The notes under the pieces were generated by a model. It searched no databases, was not told the DNA's origin, and was given only the letters and a program-made list of their open reading frames with translations. From Bacteroidales bacterium (lineage in GTDB: Bacteria > Bacteroidota > Bacteroidia > Bacteroidales > CAIWKO01): a stretch of DNA of 64,000 bases. Every line of letters begins with the position of its first letter. The first letter of the stretch is position 1. Positions 42,805 to 51,861 of the stretch are shown here, one piece after another. A program made the position numbers and the translations under genes. The stretch spans positions 134,349 through 198,348 of the forward strand of contig JALOBU010000002.1 of assembly GCA_023228145.1 (NCBI GenBank), written 5' to 3'.

Positions 42805-42878
42805 AGCCGAAAGAGGGATTCGAACCCCCGACCCGCTGATTACAAATCAGCTGCTCTGGCCAACTGAGCTATTCCGGC
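42805..42878 (-). tRNA. trnT: tRNA-Thr (anticodon TGT)
   Basis: Acceptor GCCGGAA/TTTCGGC, anticodon stem-loop CTGAT-TTGTAAT... (loop TTTGTAA), T-loop TTCGAAT. Confidence 0.92.
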
Positions 42879-42919
42879 ATTTTCATGCTTGTTTTCTGTT
42901 GTAAATCAATAAAATACAT

Positions 42920-42950
42920 AAAAAAACAGACCTTTTACAAAAAAGGTCTG
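42920..42950 (-). terminator. Rho-independent terminator after hpf
   Basis: Minus strand reads CAGACCTTTT-TTGT-AAAAGGTCTG followed by TTTTTTT. Confidence 0.8.
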
Positions 42951-43004
42951 CAAATGTATAAACTTTTTACTTACTAACAAAGAAATATTTATATTTTTTT
43001 ATTA

Positions 43005-43304
43005 CTACATACCTCTTATTTTCTGTTTATGCTTCAACAGTTGCTTCCGAAGTGCTTCAACAGCAATATCTGTAGATTGTTCAAAGGTCTTTGATTGTTT
43101 CTTGGCAAACAAGTCATTGCCGGATATCATCAAACGAATTTCTGTGACTTTATTATCTTCCTTCTGATTTTTTTCAACCCTGAGAGTTACTTCCGACCCA
43201 ATGAGTCCGTCGAATAAGCCGGACAACTTATCAACTTTCTCCTGGATGTATTGCTCCAGTTTTTTGTCTGTTTTAAATTTTATTGATGTAATGCTAACTT
43301 TCAT
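43005..43304 (-). CDS. hpf: Ribosome hibernation promoting factor / RaiA family (short form)
   Basis: 99 aa. MKVSITSIKFKTDKKLEQYIQEKVDKL...DIAVEALRKQL. Confidence 0.85.
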   Translation of the reverse strand: MKVSITSIKFKTDKKLEQYIQEKVDKLSGLFDGLIGSEVTLRVEKNQKEDNKVTEIRLMISGNDLFAKKQSKTFEQSTDIAVEALRKQLLKHKQKIRGM

Positions 43305-43322
43305 AATGAACCTCCTTTTGTT

Positions 43323-44213
43323 TTATGCTTTTGGATGTGCTTGTTTATAAATAGTTTTTAATTTTTCTATGGTATTATGAGTATAAACCTGTGTGGCCGA
43401 GAGATTTGCATGACCTAAAATCTCTTTTATTGAATTCAGGTCGGCACCATGGTTGAGCATGTGGGTAGCAAAAGTATGCCTTAAAACATGCGGACTCTTT
43501 TTTTCCTGTAAAGTGATAATGCTTAAATAATGATTTACAATACGATAAATTAACTTCTGGTAAATTTTTTCTCCCTTATTGGTAACAAAAAGGAATTCTG
43601 AATTTATTTCTGCCCCGAAAGTTTTGTGTTTAATGCTGATGTATTTTTCGATGAGGGCTTTAAACCTGTTATTAAAAGGTATCAACCGCTCTTTGCTGCG
43701 TTTACCCATCACTTTCAATGTCAGGTTGTAAAGGCTCACATCCTTTTCTTTCAGGTTCACAAGTTCCGACAGGCGCATACCTGTAACATAAAACATTTCA
43801 ATAATTAATAGGTTACGCACTGTGGTGAAATCGTTAGGTTTATCAGAAAAACTCTCGTCGAGCAGGGTTTTCATCTTATCTTCCTCTATAAAAGCCGGCA
43901 AGCGTTTGGATGTTTTGGGAGATAATACCTTAAGCATGGGGTTTTCTTTGAGTTCTCCCTGCTTTTTCAGAAATTTATAAAACGAATTTAGCGATGCTTT
44001 TTTACGGTTCACCGAGCGTGGCAATATATTCCCTTCCATCATCTGCACGAACCATGAACGTATCATGATATGCGTAGCCATTGATGGGTTTTCAAGTTCG
44101 TAGTTTTGCTCAAGGTATGCTGCAAACTGCTCCAAATCATTTTTATAGCTAATTACTGTATGGGGGGAGTACCTTTTCTCGTACTGCAGGTAATGTAAAA
44201 AACGCTCAACCAT
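43323..44213 (-). CDS. xerC: Tyrosine site-specific recombinase, XerC/XerD-like
   Basis: Start at MVERFLHYLQYEKRYSPHTV. It has ...HVLRHTFATHML and LGHANLSATQVYTH (R-H-R-Y catalytic set). The conserved rpsU-xer-hpf context argues for a housekeeping role. Confidence 0.85.
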   Translation of the reverse strand: MVERFLHYLQYEKRYSPHTVISYKNDLEQFAAYLEQNYELENPSMATHIMIRSWFVQMMEGNILPRSVNRKKASLNSFYKFLKKQGELKENPMLKVLSPKTSKRLPAFIEEDKMKTLLDESFSDKPNDFTTVRNLLIIEMFYVTGMRLSELVNLKEKDVSLYNLTLKVMGKRSKERLIPFNNRFKALIEKYISIKHKTFGAEINSEFLFVTNKGEKIYQKLIYRIVNHYLSIITLQEKKSPHVLRHTFATHMLNHGADLNSIKEILGHANLSATQVYTHNTIEKLKTIYKQAHPKA

Positions 44214-44323
44214 CAAAAAAAAAATAATTCCTGTTTTTCTTAATAACAAACGTAAAAGTAACGAAATTATTTTGAAAAAGCAAGAATTATTCTTTCTTTT
44301 TGCAAAGGTAAACCGGCGCTGGG

Positions 44324-44518
44324 CTATTTATTCTTTTCCTCGTTGAGTTTCTGAATATATCTGGCCTTTATCAGCTCTTCCCTGCGCTTTATCGAAGGTT
44401 TTGTAAATTTCTGGCGTTCGCGTAATTCTTTTACCACGCCCGTTTTTTCAAATTTCCTTTTGTATTTTTTCAGGGCTTTGTCGATGTTTTCGCCTTCTTT
44501 TACCGGTACAATAATCAT
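44324..44518 (-). CDS. rpsU: 30S ribosomal protein S21
   Basis: 64 aa. ALKKYKRKFEKTGVVKELRERQKFTKPS. Confidence 0.95.
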   Translation of the reverse strand: MIIVPVKEGENIDKALKKYKRKFEKTGVVKELRERQKFTKPSIKRREELIKARYIQKLNEEKNK

Positions 44519-44580
44519 AAAAAATCTCTCTCTTTCTTTAGATGGTTTTTAAATATTTTAATTCCCCATATTTGGGAGTG

Positions 44581-44588
44581 CAAAAATA
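44581..44588 (-). promoter_or_regulatory. Candidate -7 box (TAnnTTTG) upstream of rpsU
   Basis: Minus strand reads TATTTTTG, ~63 nt upstream of the rpsU ATG. Confidence 0.3.
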
Positions 44589-44679
44589 GTAAATATTTTA
44601 TTATAAAAGAGTTTCGTGGATTTTTTTTTGATAAATAACACCACCTTTTGAATTTTTTGTCACATAGAACCGTCCCGGC

Positions 44680-44740
44680 TTTAACGTTGGGGCGTGTCGA
44701 AAAGGAACAGAACAGGTCCGTCTTCGACAAGTTGTTATAA
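44680..44740. repeat. Element E, short member of the AAC...hairpin...GTT family
   Basis: TAACGTTGG (44682-44690) is identical to 3234-3242 in element A. It has a 7-bp stem TGTCGAA (44695-44701) / TTCGACA (44723-44729). It ends AGTTGTTATAA. Confidence 0.45.
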
Positions 44741-44902
44741 AAATCATAGAAATAAATTTTTTTCTTAAAGAACAGCTGACTGGCTCAGGGTTTCATTATC
44801 ATACAGAGAATTAAAATTAATAATTGGAATCAATCCATTAAAACCTTACTTAAATCTTCACTTATTCAATTATTTCTAAATAGAATTAGTAATTTTGCAA
44901 TA

Positions 44903-45472
44903 ATGCACACCATCGAGCCATATTATAACTGGAGGCACCTGTACATCGCTTCGGAAGATGTGCGCTCACCATTTTATGGCAATACGTATAGCGAATTTGA
45001 ATTTCCTTATGCTGTGTACAATTACTTAATTCATCCGCAGTGGGATTGTTTTGGTTCCGCCACTTTATACATTAAATTATTATATACAGACTACCAGAAA
45101 AATTTTGTCATCCTTGAATTAATTGGCGAATGGAACGATTGCCTCTACAATGACATTAAATTCCTCAAAGAAAACGTGATTGATATTTTGCTTGGCAATG
45201 GTATCAACAAATTCATCCTGATAGGTGAAAACATTCTTAATTTTCATTTTTCTGATGATTTATATTACCAGGAATGGTTTGACGAACTGGAAGATGGGTG
45301 GATTGCCTGTGTGAATTTCAGGGAACACGTGGTGAAAGAATTTGAACACGGACACATTGATTATTATCTTGCTTTCGGAAAAAAACTCAACCAGATACTT
45401 TGGCGCAAATCAAACCCATGCCAGTTTTTCGAGCTTGTTTCAGAAATGATGACGAAACGATTGAATCCTTAA
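44903..45472 (+). CDS. Hypothetical protein
   Basis: 189-aa ORF with core-like composition. I recognised no motif. Confidence 0.55.
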   Translation: MHTIEPYYNWRHLYIASEDVRSPFYGNTYSEFEFPYAVYNYLIHPQWDCFGSATLYIKLLYTDYQKNFVILELIGEWNDCLYNDIKFLKENVIDILLGNGINKFILIGENILNFHFSDDLYYQEWFDELEDGWIACVNFREHVVKEFEHGHIDYYLAFGKKLNQILWRKSNPCQFFELVSEMMTKRLNP

Positions 45473-45477
45473 ATATA

Positions 45478-45747
45478 ATGGTACACGTTAACATTGAAGT
45501 TTTTGGGCTAGTTCAAAGAATCGGGTTTCGCTACAGTGCAATGGAGGCAGCATCCCAAATGAATATTACCGGTTTTGTAAAAAACATGACGGATGGTTCC
45601 GTTTACATTGAAGCCGAAGGTGAAGAAAAAAATATTGAATCATTTATTTCCTGGTGCCATCATGGCCCGCCATGGGCAAGGGTTGACAACATTATCGTGA
45701 AAAAAACAACCATGCAAGGGTTTAAGAGTTTTGAAATCAAACGATAA
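45478..45747 (+). CDS. acyP: Acylphosphatase
   Basis: From ATG 45478: VFGLVQRIGFRYSAMEAASQMNITGFVKN..DGSVYIEAEG (V.G.VQGVGFR signature). Confidence 0.85.
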   Translation: MVHVNIEVFGLVQRIGFRYSAMEAASQMNITGFVKNMTDGSVYIEAEGEEKNIESFISWCHHGPPWARVDNIIVKKTTMQGFKSFEIKR

Positions 45748-45776
45748 TTTTTCTTTTACTTTCTTCCGGAATTCTT

Positions 45777-46442
45777 CTATTTTTTTGCTCTTAGAAATTC
45801 TCTTTTCCCAAGTGGACCGGGCAATTTTTCAATTGTAAATCCGGCACTCTTCAATGCTCTTTTAACGTCACCTTTACAGGAATATGTTACCAAAATGCCA
45901 CCATCTTTCATTGCAATATATAACTTATTAAAAATCTCCGGTGTCCACATTTCAGGCTGAACATCGGGTGCAAATGCATCAAAATACACAAGGTCGTAAC
46001 CATTATCCTGAAGCTGTGTTTCTTCAATTTTTCTTTCAATTAATACAATTTCAAAATTACCTGAAAGTTGATTAATAACACCTGAAACCGATTGATGCAA
46101 TTCTGCAAACATCTTATGATGACCGGAACCGGTAATATCGGGGTAATTTAATTTCGACAAAATTTTCTCCTCAATTCTGTATGGCTCAACAGCAACGTAA
46201 TTTACTTTTTTCTCATCTTTTTCACATTCAATCAATGTGAGAAAAGCATTCAATCCTGTTCCATAACCTACTTCCAGAATGTTCAGGTGTTCCTTATTCC
46301 ATGATAAAAAACGATAACCTGCATCAATAAAAATATGCTTTGATTCGGCAATGGCTCCATTACGGGAATGATAACACTCATTCAGTTCAGGGATATGCAG
46401 TGTGTGCGACCCATCAGCTGTTATGATGATTTGACTTTTCAT
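45777..46442 (-). CDS. mnmD: tRNA mnm5s2U34 methyltransferase, MnmC C-terminal-less (MnmD/DUF752-like) SAM methyltransferase
   Basis: ADGSHTL...YHSRNGAIAESKHIFI, ILEVGYGTGLN and DAFAPDVQPEMWT. Confidence 0.65.
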   Translation of the reverse strand: MKSQIIITADGSHTLHIPELNECYHSRNGAIAESKHIFIDAGYRFLSWNKEHLNILEVGYGTGLNAFLTLIECEKDEKKVNYVAVEPYRIEEKILSKLNYPDITGSGHHKMFAELHQSVSGVINQLSGNFEIVLIERKIEETQLQDNGYDLVYFDAFAPDVQPEMWTPEIFNKLYIAMKDGGILVTYSCKGDVKRALKSAGFTIEKLPGPLGKREFLRAKK

Positions 46443-46444
46443 CG

Positions 46445-47737
46445 TCAGTCTTTATTAAATACCGGCAATATCTTATACACAGTGTCCGAAAACATAAAAC
46501 TTGTTTGCAGTATGGTTGATTGAAGATTCTTTTTTATCACATTGAAATAATCTCTTGAAAAATAAGCAAAACCCTGTGTGCCATCATAAGCCATGCATGT
46601 CGAATTAGGTGCTGCTACCCACTGGTCACAGATTCCCGAAGAATAGTCGTAGGTATAAACATTATTGCCATCACAAAAAATATACTGCCCCGGTTCAGTA
46701 ATTGCAACATCTGTAAAGATGCCTTCATTATGTGTATAAATATCCCAAAAAGTTTCTGTAGATGGAGAAACTAACCTAATTTTCCCTTGTCCGGAATTAT
46801 TAGTAAATAGCAGATAATAATCTGTGTCTGCCCTGAAAATCTTTTTTATTTCGTATGATAATAAAATACGTTTATAAACAACAAAAGAAGGCACATAATA
46901 CATCACGAAATGTTTTTCCATTCCGGTATAACTCCTTTCATAGGTTAATAAGAAATCTCCGTCAGGGAAAAATGTTACCGGATACTCAACATCATCGGTA
47001 ACTCTTGAAGCAATTATACTTCCGTACCTGTTGTATATTTGAAATTTTCCTTCATAAAACGAAACATACAATAAATCTTTATAAGTTTCTATAGTAACAA
47101 AATAAGGGAAAGGAGGGTTATTAATACATGGAACGTTCCAGTTCAATTGCCATTCATTCATTTCATACACATTCACATCGCCGAAAAATTTACCTGCAAT
47201 ATAAAACTGCTGTGCATCAGAACTAATGCAGGAATTCGTATAGTCAGAGATGAAAGCTGCCATCTGGCTTACATGATTCGCAGAATCAATTTTATGAACC
47301 CTAATGTTCTGATTGTTTTTTGTAACAACAAGAACATATTGCAATTCCTTTTCTGCTTCATGAATATATATTTTTAGAAATCTTTTTGTTTCATTTGTTC
47401 CGTCATAAGCTTTGAGGAGCAGGTAATAAACACCGGAAGGCAACATGATGTCATCAATTTCAATACAAGTATTTAATGAATAACAGCTATTATCAGGATA
47501 GAAAGCGCCTCCACTCAGTACCGTAACAAAATTAACATCCGTTACTGTAACACTTACATATTCCAGAGTTCTGTCATCACAAATTGCTGCCATTACATGA
47601 ATGTCATCAAACACATGAAAGCTTTGATTTTCATAAGGTATTGTTATAGTAATCTGCGGACTTATTGTATCGTTGTTCTTTTTGCAGGAATACAAAATGA
47701 AAATCACTAAAAAAAATGTATATTTAATTAAGTACAT
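46445..47737 (-). CDS. Hypothetical lipoprotein
   Basis: 430 aa with lipobox FILYSCKKN. It is aromatic and beta-rich, with no recognised motif. Confidence 0.6.
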   Translation of the reverse strand: MYLIKYTFFLVIFILYSCKKNNDTISPQITITIPYENQSFHVFDDIHVMAAICDDRTLEYVSVTVTDVNFVTVLSGGAFYPDNSCYSLNTCIEIDDIMLPSGVYYLLLKAYDGTNETKRFLKIYIHEAEKELQYVLVVTKNNQNIRVHKIDSANHVSQMAAFISDYTNSCISSDAQQFYIAGKFFGDVNVYEMNEWQLNWNVPCINNPPFPYFVTIETYKDLLYVSFYEGKFQIYNRYGSIIASRVTDDVEYPVTFFPDGDFLLTYERSYTGMEKHFVMYYVPSFVVYKRILLSYEIKKIFRADTDYYLLFTNNSGQGKIRLVSPSTETFWDIYTHNEGIFTDVAITEPGQYIFCDGNNVYTYDYSSGICDQWVAAPNSTCMAYDGTQGFAYFSRDYFNVIKKNLQSTILQTSFMFSDTVYKILPVFNKD

Positions 47738-47744
47738 GTTTTAT

Positions 47745-47788
47745 GAAACAAAAAACTGCCAAAGAGTGTCAATCTTATGGCAGTTTTA
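47745..47788 (-). terminator. Rho-independent terminator after sdhB
   Basis: 10-bp stem AAAACTGCCA (47752-47761) / TGGCAGTTTT (47779-47788), with a T-tract on the minus strand. Confidence 0.7.
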
Positions 47789-47823
47789 ATATTATATCCT
47801 TTACAAATTATTTATAGTTAAGA

Positions 47824-48597
47824 TTATGCGCCTGCATTTTTCATTTCATATTTCTGGGAGCATACCTTAGCTTTCATAAACTGCCTGTTCATAAGTGCAA
47901 TATTGGTTACTTTTATTTCCTTAGGGCATTCAGCCTCACAGGCATAAGTGTTGCTACAGTTACCAAAACCCAGCTTGTCCATTTCGGCAACCATTTTCTG
48001 TACACGTTCAGAAGCTTCAATTTTTCCCTGAGGTAAAAGTGCAAACTGCGAAACTTTAGCACCAACAAACAGCATCGCTGATGCATTGGCACAAGCTGCG
48101 ATACAGGCGCCACAACCTATGCATGCAGCAGCATCCATAGCCAACTCCGCTTTTGATTTGGGTATTGGGATAGCATTAGCATCAGGAATACCTCCTGTAT
48201 TCAAAGAAATATACCCCCCTGCCTGTATTATCAGGTCAAGAGCTGAGCGGTCAACCACAAGGTCTTTAACAATAGGAAATGGTTTGGCACGCCATGGTTC
48301 AATCACGATGGTGTCGCCGTCATTAAATGAACGCATGTGAAGCTGGCAGGTAGTGATACCGCGTTTGGGCCCATGAGGACGGCCATTAATATATAAGCTG
48401 CAGGTTCCACAAATACCTTCGCGACAGTCGTGGTCGAATGCCACGGGGTCGTTACCTTGTTCGATGATCTGCTGGTTAAGGGTGTCAAGCATTTCAAAAA
48501 ACGAACTGTCGGGGGAAACATTTGAAACTTTATAAACTTCAAATTTCCCTTTTGCTTTGGCATTTTTCTGACGCCAGATTTTTAAGGTTAGGTCCAT
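47824..48597 (-). CDS. sdhB: Succinate dehydrogenase/fumarate reductase iron-sulfur subunit
   Basis: Start at [10 protein letters not shown] (ATG 48597). Cys clusters [21 protein letters not shown] and [12 protein letters not shown]. Confidence 0.93.
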   Translation of the reverse strand: MDLTLKIWRQKNAKAKGKFEVYKVSNVSPDSSFFEMLDTLNQQIIEQGNDPVAFDHDCREGICGTCSLYINGRPHGPKRGITTCQLHMRSFNDGDTIVIEPWRAKPFPIVKDLVVDRSALDLIIQAGGYISLNTGGIPDANAIPIPKSKAELAMDAAACIGCGACIAACANASAMLFVGAKVSQFALLPQGKIEASERVQKMVAEMDKLGFGNCSNTYACEAECPKEIKVTNIALMNRQFMKAKVCSQKYEMKNAGA

Positions 48598-48618
48598 ATT
48601 ATAATTATTTTTCCAGCC

Positions 48619-48631
48619 AATGGCCAATGGC
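48619..48631. repeat. 13-bp direct repeat, copy 1 (AATGGCCAATGGC)
   Basis: Identical 13-mer at 49027-49039. The pair brackets the four-helix-bundle gene. Confidence 0.8.
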
Positions 48632-48651
48632 CATAAGCCACAATTATTAAT

Positions 48652-49017
48652 TTATTTATTTTCCAGTGATTTTATTAATGAATTAATCATTTTTGACAAC
48701 GAACTTATTTTTGCAAAAAGTTCTTCAGAATTCTCTTTAAAGTAGCCAATTTTATTTGAAATAATCAGCTCCGTTTCTAGTTCATATAATGACCCTCTTG
48801 CCTGTTTCAAGAATAACACATAAGATTTTGTGGATTTCCTACCCCATCCTTCTGCAATATTAACAGGGACTGATGCTGAAGCTCTCCTTATCTGTGATAC
48901 AAGCCCAAATCTTTCCTCTTCAGGAAATATCAATGATAGCCTATAGATATCAACCGTCAGCTCAATGCCCATTTTCCAAATTTCCAAATCCTTATATGAA
49001 TTTATCATTCCCATCAT
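48652..49017 (-). CDS. Four-helix-bundle protein (23S rRNA intervening-sequence protein / Avd family)
   Basis: 121 aa. YKDLEIWKMGIELTVDIYRL...FPEEERFGLVSQIRRASASVPVNIAEGWGR...FLKQARGSLYELETEL is the characteristic TIGR02436/PF05635 pattern. Confidence 0.8.
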   Translation of the reverse strand: MMGMINSYKDLEIWKMGIELTVDIYRLSLIFPEEERFGLVSQIRRASASVPVNIAEGWGRKSTKSYVLFLKQARGSLYELETELIISNKIGYFKENSEELFAKISSLSKMINSLIKSLENK

Positions 49018-49026
49018 TAATCATAT

Positions 49027-49039
49027 AATGGCCAATGGC
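49027..49039. repeat. 13-bp direct repeat, copy 2 (AATGGCCAATGGC)
   Basis: Identical to 48619-48631. Its last base abuts/overlaps the sdhA stop codon. Confidence 0.8.
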
Positions 49040-50976
49040 TATTTATAACTCCTCTGCGATGGCTTTGCTACCTCAAAAGTAAGCTCTTCTTTGTGCATTT
49101 CAGGATCCACGCTTTCGCCTTTATATTCCCAAGCAGAAACAAATGCAAAGTTCTCATCATCACGTTTTGCTTCGCCTTCTTCGGTCTGCATTTCTTCGCG
49201 GAAATGGCCCCCGCATGATTCTCTGCGTTGCAGTGCATCTCTCATAATCAGTTCGCCAAGTTCAATAAAATCAGCTACCCTGCTCGCCTTTTCGAACTCA
49301 GGATTAAACTCGTTCAACTCACCCGGGATAAACAGATCATTCCAAAACTCTTTTTTTATGTCAGGGATCATTGACAAACCTTTTTTTAGTCTTTCTTCGT
49401 TCCTGCCCATGCCACAATGCTCCCACATCATCTTCCCGAATTTTTTATGAATAGAATCGACAGATTGCTTGCCTTTAATATTTTTCAGTTTATCAAGCTG
49501 CTCTTTTATATCATTTTCAGCCTGAACAAATTCCGGGGCATCGGTAGGGATTCGTTTTGTATGAATCTCTGCAGACAAATAGTTACCAATGGTATAAGGC
49601 AAAATAAAATACCCGTCGGCAAGGCCCTGCATAAGCGCTGAAGCTCCGAGCCTGTTAGCACCGTGGTCCGAAAAATTACATTCACCTATAGCATAAAGGC
49701 CGGGGATAGTAGTCATTAATTCATAATCAACCCACAAGCCACCCATAGTATAGTGAACAGCGGGGTAAATCATCATCGGTGTTTCGTAAGGGTTTTCGTT
49801 AATAATCTGTTCATACATCTGGAACAGGTTCCCATAACGCTCCTCAATTACGTTTTTACCAAGCCTGGCAATAGAATCCTTAAAATCGAGATAAACCGCC
49901 AATCCTGAATGACTAACCCCAAACCCCGCATCGCAACGTTCTTTGGCTGCTCGAGAAGCAACGTCACGTGGCACTAAATTTCCAAAGGCAGGGTACCTTC
50001 TTTCAAGATAATAATCGCGGTCTTCTTCAGAAATATCTCCAGGTTTTAGCTCTTTTTTACGAAGCTTTTCCACATCTTCTTTCTTCTTAGGCACCCAGAT
50101 TCTTCCATCATTACGCAGACTTTCGCTCATCAGTGTTAGTTTCGACTGAAAATCGCCGTGGACGGGAATACAAGTTGGATGTATCTGGGTAAAACAGGCG
50201 TTGCTGAAAAAAGCGCCTTTTTTGTATGCACGCCATACCGGAGTAGCATTTGATCCCATAGCATTTGTGGAGAGGAAGTAAGCATTTCCATAACCCCCGG
50301 TAGCCAAAACCACGGCATGGCCGAAATATTTTTCGATTTCTCCGGTAACCAAATTCCTGACAATGATTCCTCGTGCTTTTCCTTCAACGAGCACCACGTC
50401 AAGCATATCACGGCGGTTAAAGAGTTCAACTTTACCTTTTTTTATCTGGCGGCTCAGAGCGCTGTATGCTCCCAAGAGTAATTGCTGGCCTGTCTGTCCC
50501 CGGGCATAAAATGTCCGCGACACTTGTGCTCCGCCAAACGAACGGTTATCCAGCAATCCACCATAGTCACGTGCAAAAGGAACCCCTTGGGCCACGCACT
50601 GATCGATAATGGCATTGCTTACTTCAGCCAGGCGATACACATTGGCTTCACGAGCCCTGTAATCTCCACCCTTTAAAGTATCGTAAAATAAACGGTACAC
50701 ACTATCTCCATCGTTCTGATAGTTTTTTGCGGCATTGATACCCCCCTGGGCAGCAATGCTGTGTGCCCGGCGAGGGCTGTCCTGATAACAAAATGCTTTC
50801 ACATTGTAGCCAAGCTCACCCAGAGAAGCTGCAGCTGAAGCCCCGGCAAGGCCGGTACCCACTACAATTATATCCAGCTTACGCTTGTTTGATGGGTTGA
50901 CAAGCTTACAGGTGGATTTGTAATTAGTCCATTTTTCGGCTAATGACCCTTCAGGTATTTTTGAATTTAATTTCAT
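49039..50976 (-). CDS. sdhA: Succinate dehydrogenase/fumarate reductase flavoprotein subunit
   Basis: FAD motif [24 protein letters not shown] (covalent FAD His) and HYTMGG. Confidence 0.95.
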   Translation of the reverse strand: MKLNSKIPEGSLAEKWTNYKSTCKLVNPSNKRKLDIIVVGTGLAGASAAASLGELGYNVKAFCYQDSPRRAHSIAAQGGINAAKNYQNDGDSVYRLFYDTLKGGDYRAREANVYRLAEVSNAIIDQCVAQGVPFARDYGGLLDNRSFGGAQVSRTFYARGQTGQQLLLGAYSALSRQIKKGKVELFNRRDMLDVVLVEGKARGIIVRNLVTGEIEKYFGHAVVLATGGYGNAYFLSTNAMGSNATPVWRAYKKGAFFSNACFTQIHPTCIPVHGDFQSKLTLMSESLRNDGRIWVPKKKEDVEKLRKKELKPGDISEEDRDYYLERRYPAFGNLVPRDVASRAAKERCDAGFGVSHSGLAVYLDFKDSIARLGKNVIEERYGNLFQMYEQIINENPYETPMMIYPAVHYTMGGLWVDYELMTTIPGLYAIGECNFSDHGANRLGASALMQGLADGYFILPYTIGNYLSAEIHTKRIPTDAPEFVQAENDIKEQLDKLKNIKGKQSVDSIHKKFGKMMWEHCGMGRNEERLKKGLSMIPDIKKEFWNDLFIPGELNEFNPEFEKASRVADFIELGELIMRDALQRRESCGGHFREEMQTEEGEAKRDDENFAFVSAWEYKGESVDPEMHKEELTFEVAKPSQRSYK

Positions 50977-51045
50977 GGATGCGTGGTGGTTTTATTTTTA
51001 TTTTATTGTTTACAATTTTTTATGTGTTTTAATAGTGCTTGAAAC

Positions 51046-51711
51046 TCAATTATAAATAAACATAAAGTAAATCGGAATAATAGAAAACCCAACGGAAATA
51101 ATCAATGCATAAGCAGTACTCACAACCTTAATGACTTTGTTATATTTATTATGGTTGAGGCCGAGAGTCTGAAAACCAGATAATATAGCATGGTTCAGGT
51201 GAAAACCGAGAAATATAAAAAAGGCTATATAAATAAACGAATATACTTTATTCTGAAATAGCAGGATTGCCATTTGATAAAAATCGTGTGTATCAACTCC
51301 TGCCGGAGGTTGTACCCAGCCCATCTTAATAAAAAAGAAATGCATGAAATGTAGAATCAGAAATATTAAAATGATGATTCCGGTATATATCATATATTTT
51401 GAAAAAAACTCTGTATGAGATTTGTTCACAACATGATAACGCACCGGGCGTGATGCCCAGTTTTTCAGGGTTACTATTACTCCTATCAAAATGTGTATAG
51501 CAAAGCCGCTAAAAAGTACATACTCAAAAATTTTAATTGCAATATTTGTTGTCATAAAATTAGATGCAACCTTAAACATCTCTCCGTTATCTCCGGCGAT
51601 AAGAAGGAGGTTTATAGTAAGATGTACCAGCAGGAATAACGCCAAAAAAAGCCCGAAGGCTCCCATCACGATTTTTTTTGTAATCGAAGAATACGATAAT
51701 AATTTGCTCAT
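51046..51711 (-). CDS. sdhC: Succinate dehydrogenase/fumarate reductase cytochrome b subunit (b558 type)
   Basis: 221 aa with five hydrophobic helices and conserved His residues, placed first in the sdh operon. Confidence 0.8.
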   Translation of the reverse strand: MSKLLSYSSITKKIVMGAFGLFLALFLLVHLTINLLLIAGDNGEMFKVASNFMTTNIAIKIFEYVLFSGFAIHILIGVIVTLKNWASRPVRYHVVNKSHTEFFSKYMIYTGIIILIFLILHFMHFFFIKMGWVQPPAGVDTHDFYQMAILLFQNKVYSFIYIAFFIFLGFHLNHAILSGFQTLGLNHNKYNKVIKVVSTAYALIISVGFSIIPIYFMFIYN

Positions 51712-51861
51712 AATTTTCAGCTTTGAAAAAAATTAAAAAAAACTGTACCTTTATAAAAAATATTTTTCTTTGTATTTATATTTCACAAAGATAATTTTTG
51801 ATATTACTTTTAGCAAATAAAATCTATCTTTTTTTTAACAACCGGTTAACAATATTTCAAA

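Noticed and set aside
44515-44730. 71-aa minus-strand ORF upstream of rpsU
   Set aside because: It spans the rpsU promoter region and element E. It has no motif, and its track start is a non-ATG codon inside the GC-rich repeat element E.
43323-44740. Tyrosine recombinase next to element E as an integron integrase with attI/attC
   Set aside because: The recombinase sits in the rpsU-xer-hpf-tRNA-tuf arrangement, which I know as conserved in Bacteroidota. It has ordinary Xer length with no IntI-specific insertion that I can see. No cassette array follows it. Elements A and B are inverted relative to each other, unlike attC arrays.
45400-45477. Upstream extension of the acylphosphatase ORF overlapping the preceding gene
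   Set aside because: The conserved acylphosphatase fold starts at MVHVNIEVFG (ATG 45478). The extension overlaps the 3-prime end of the 189-aa gene in another frame.
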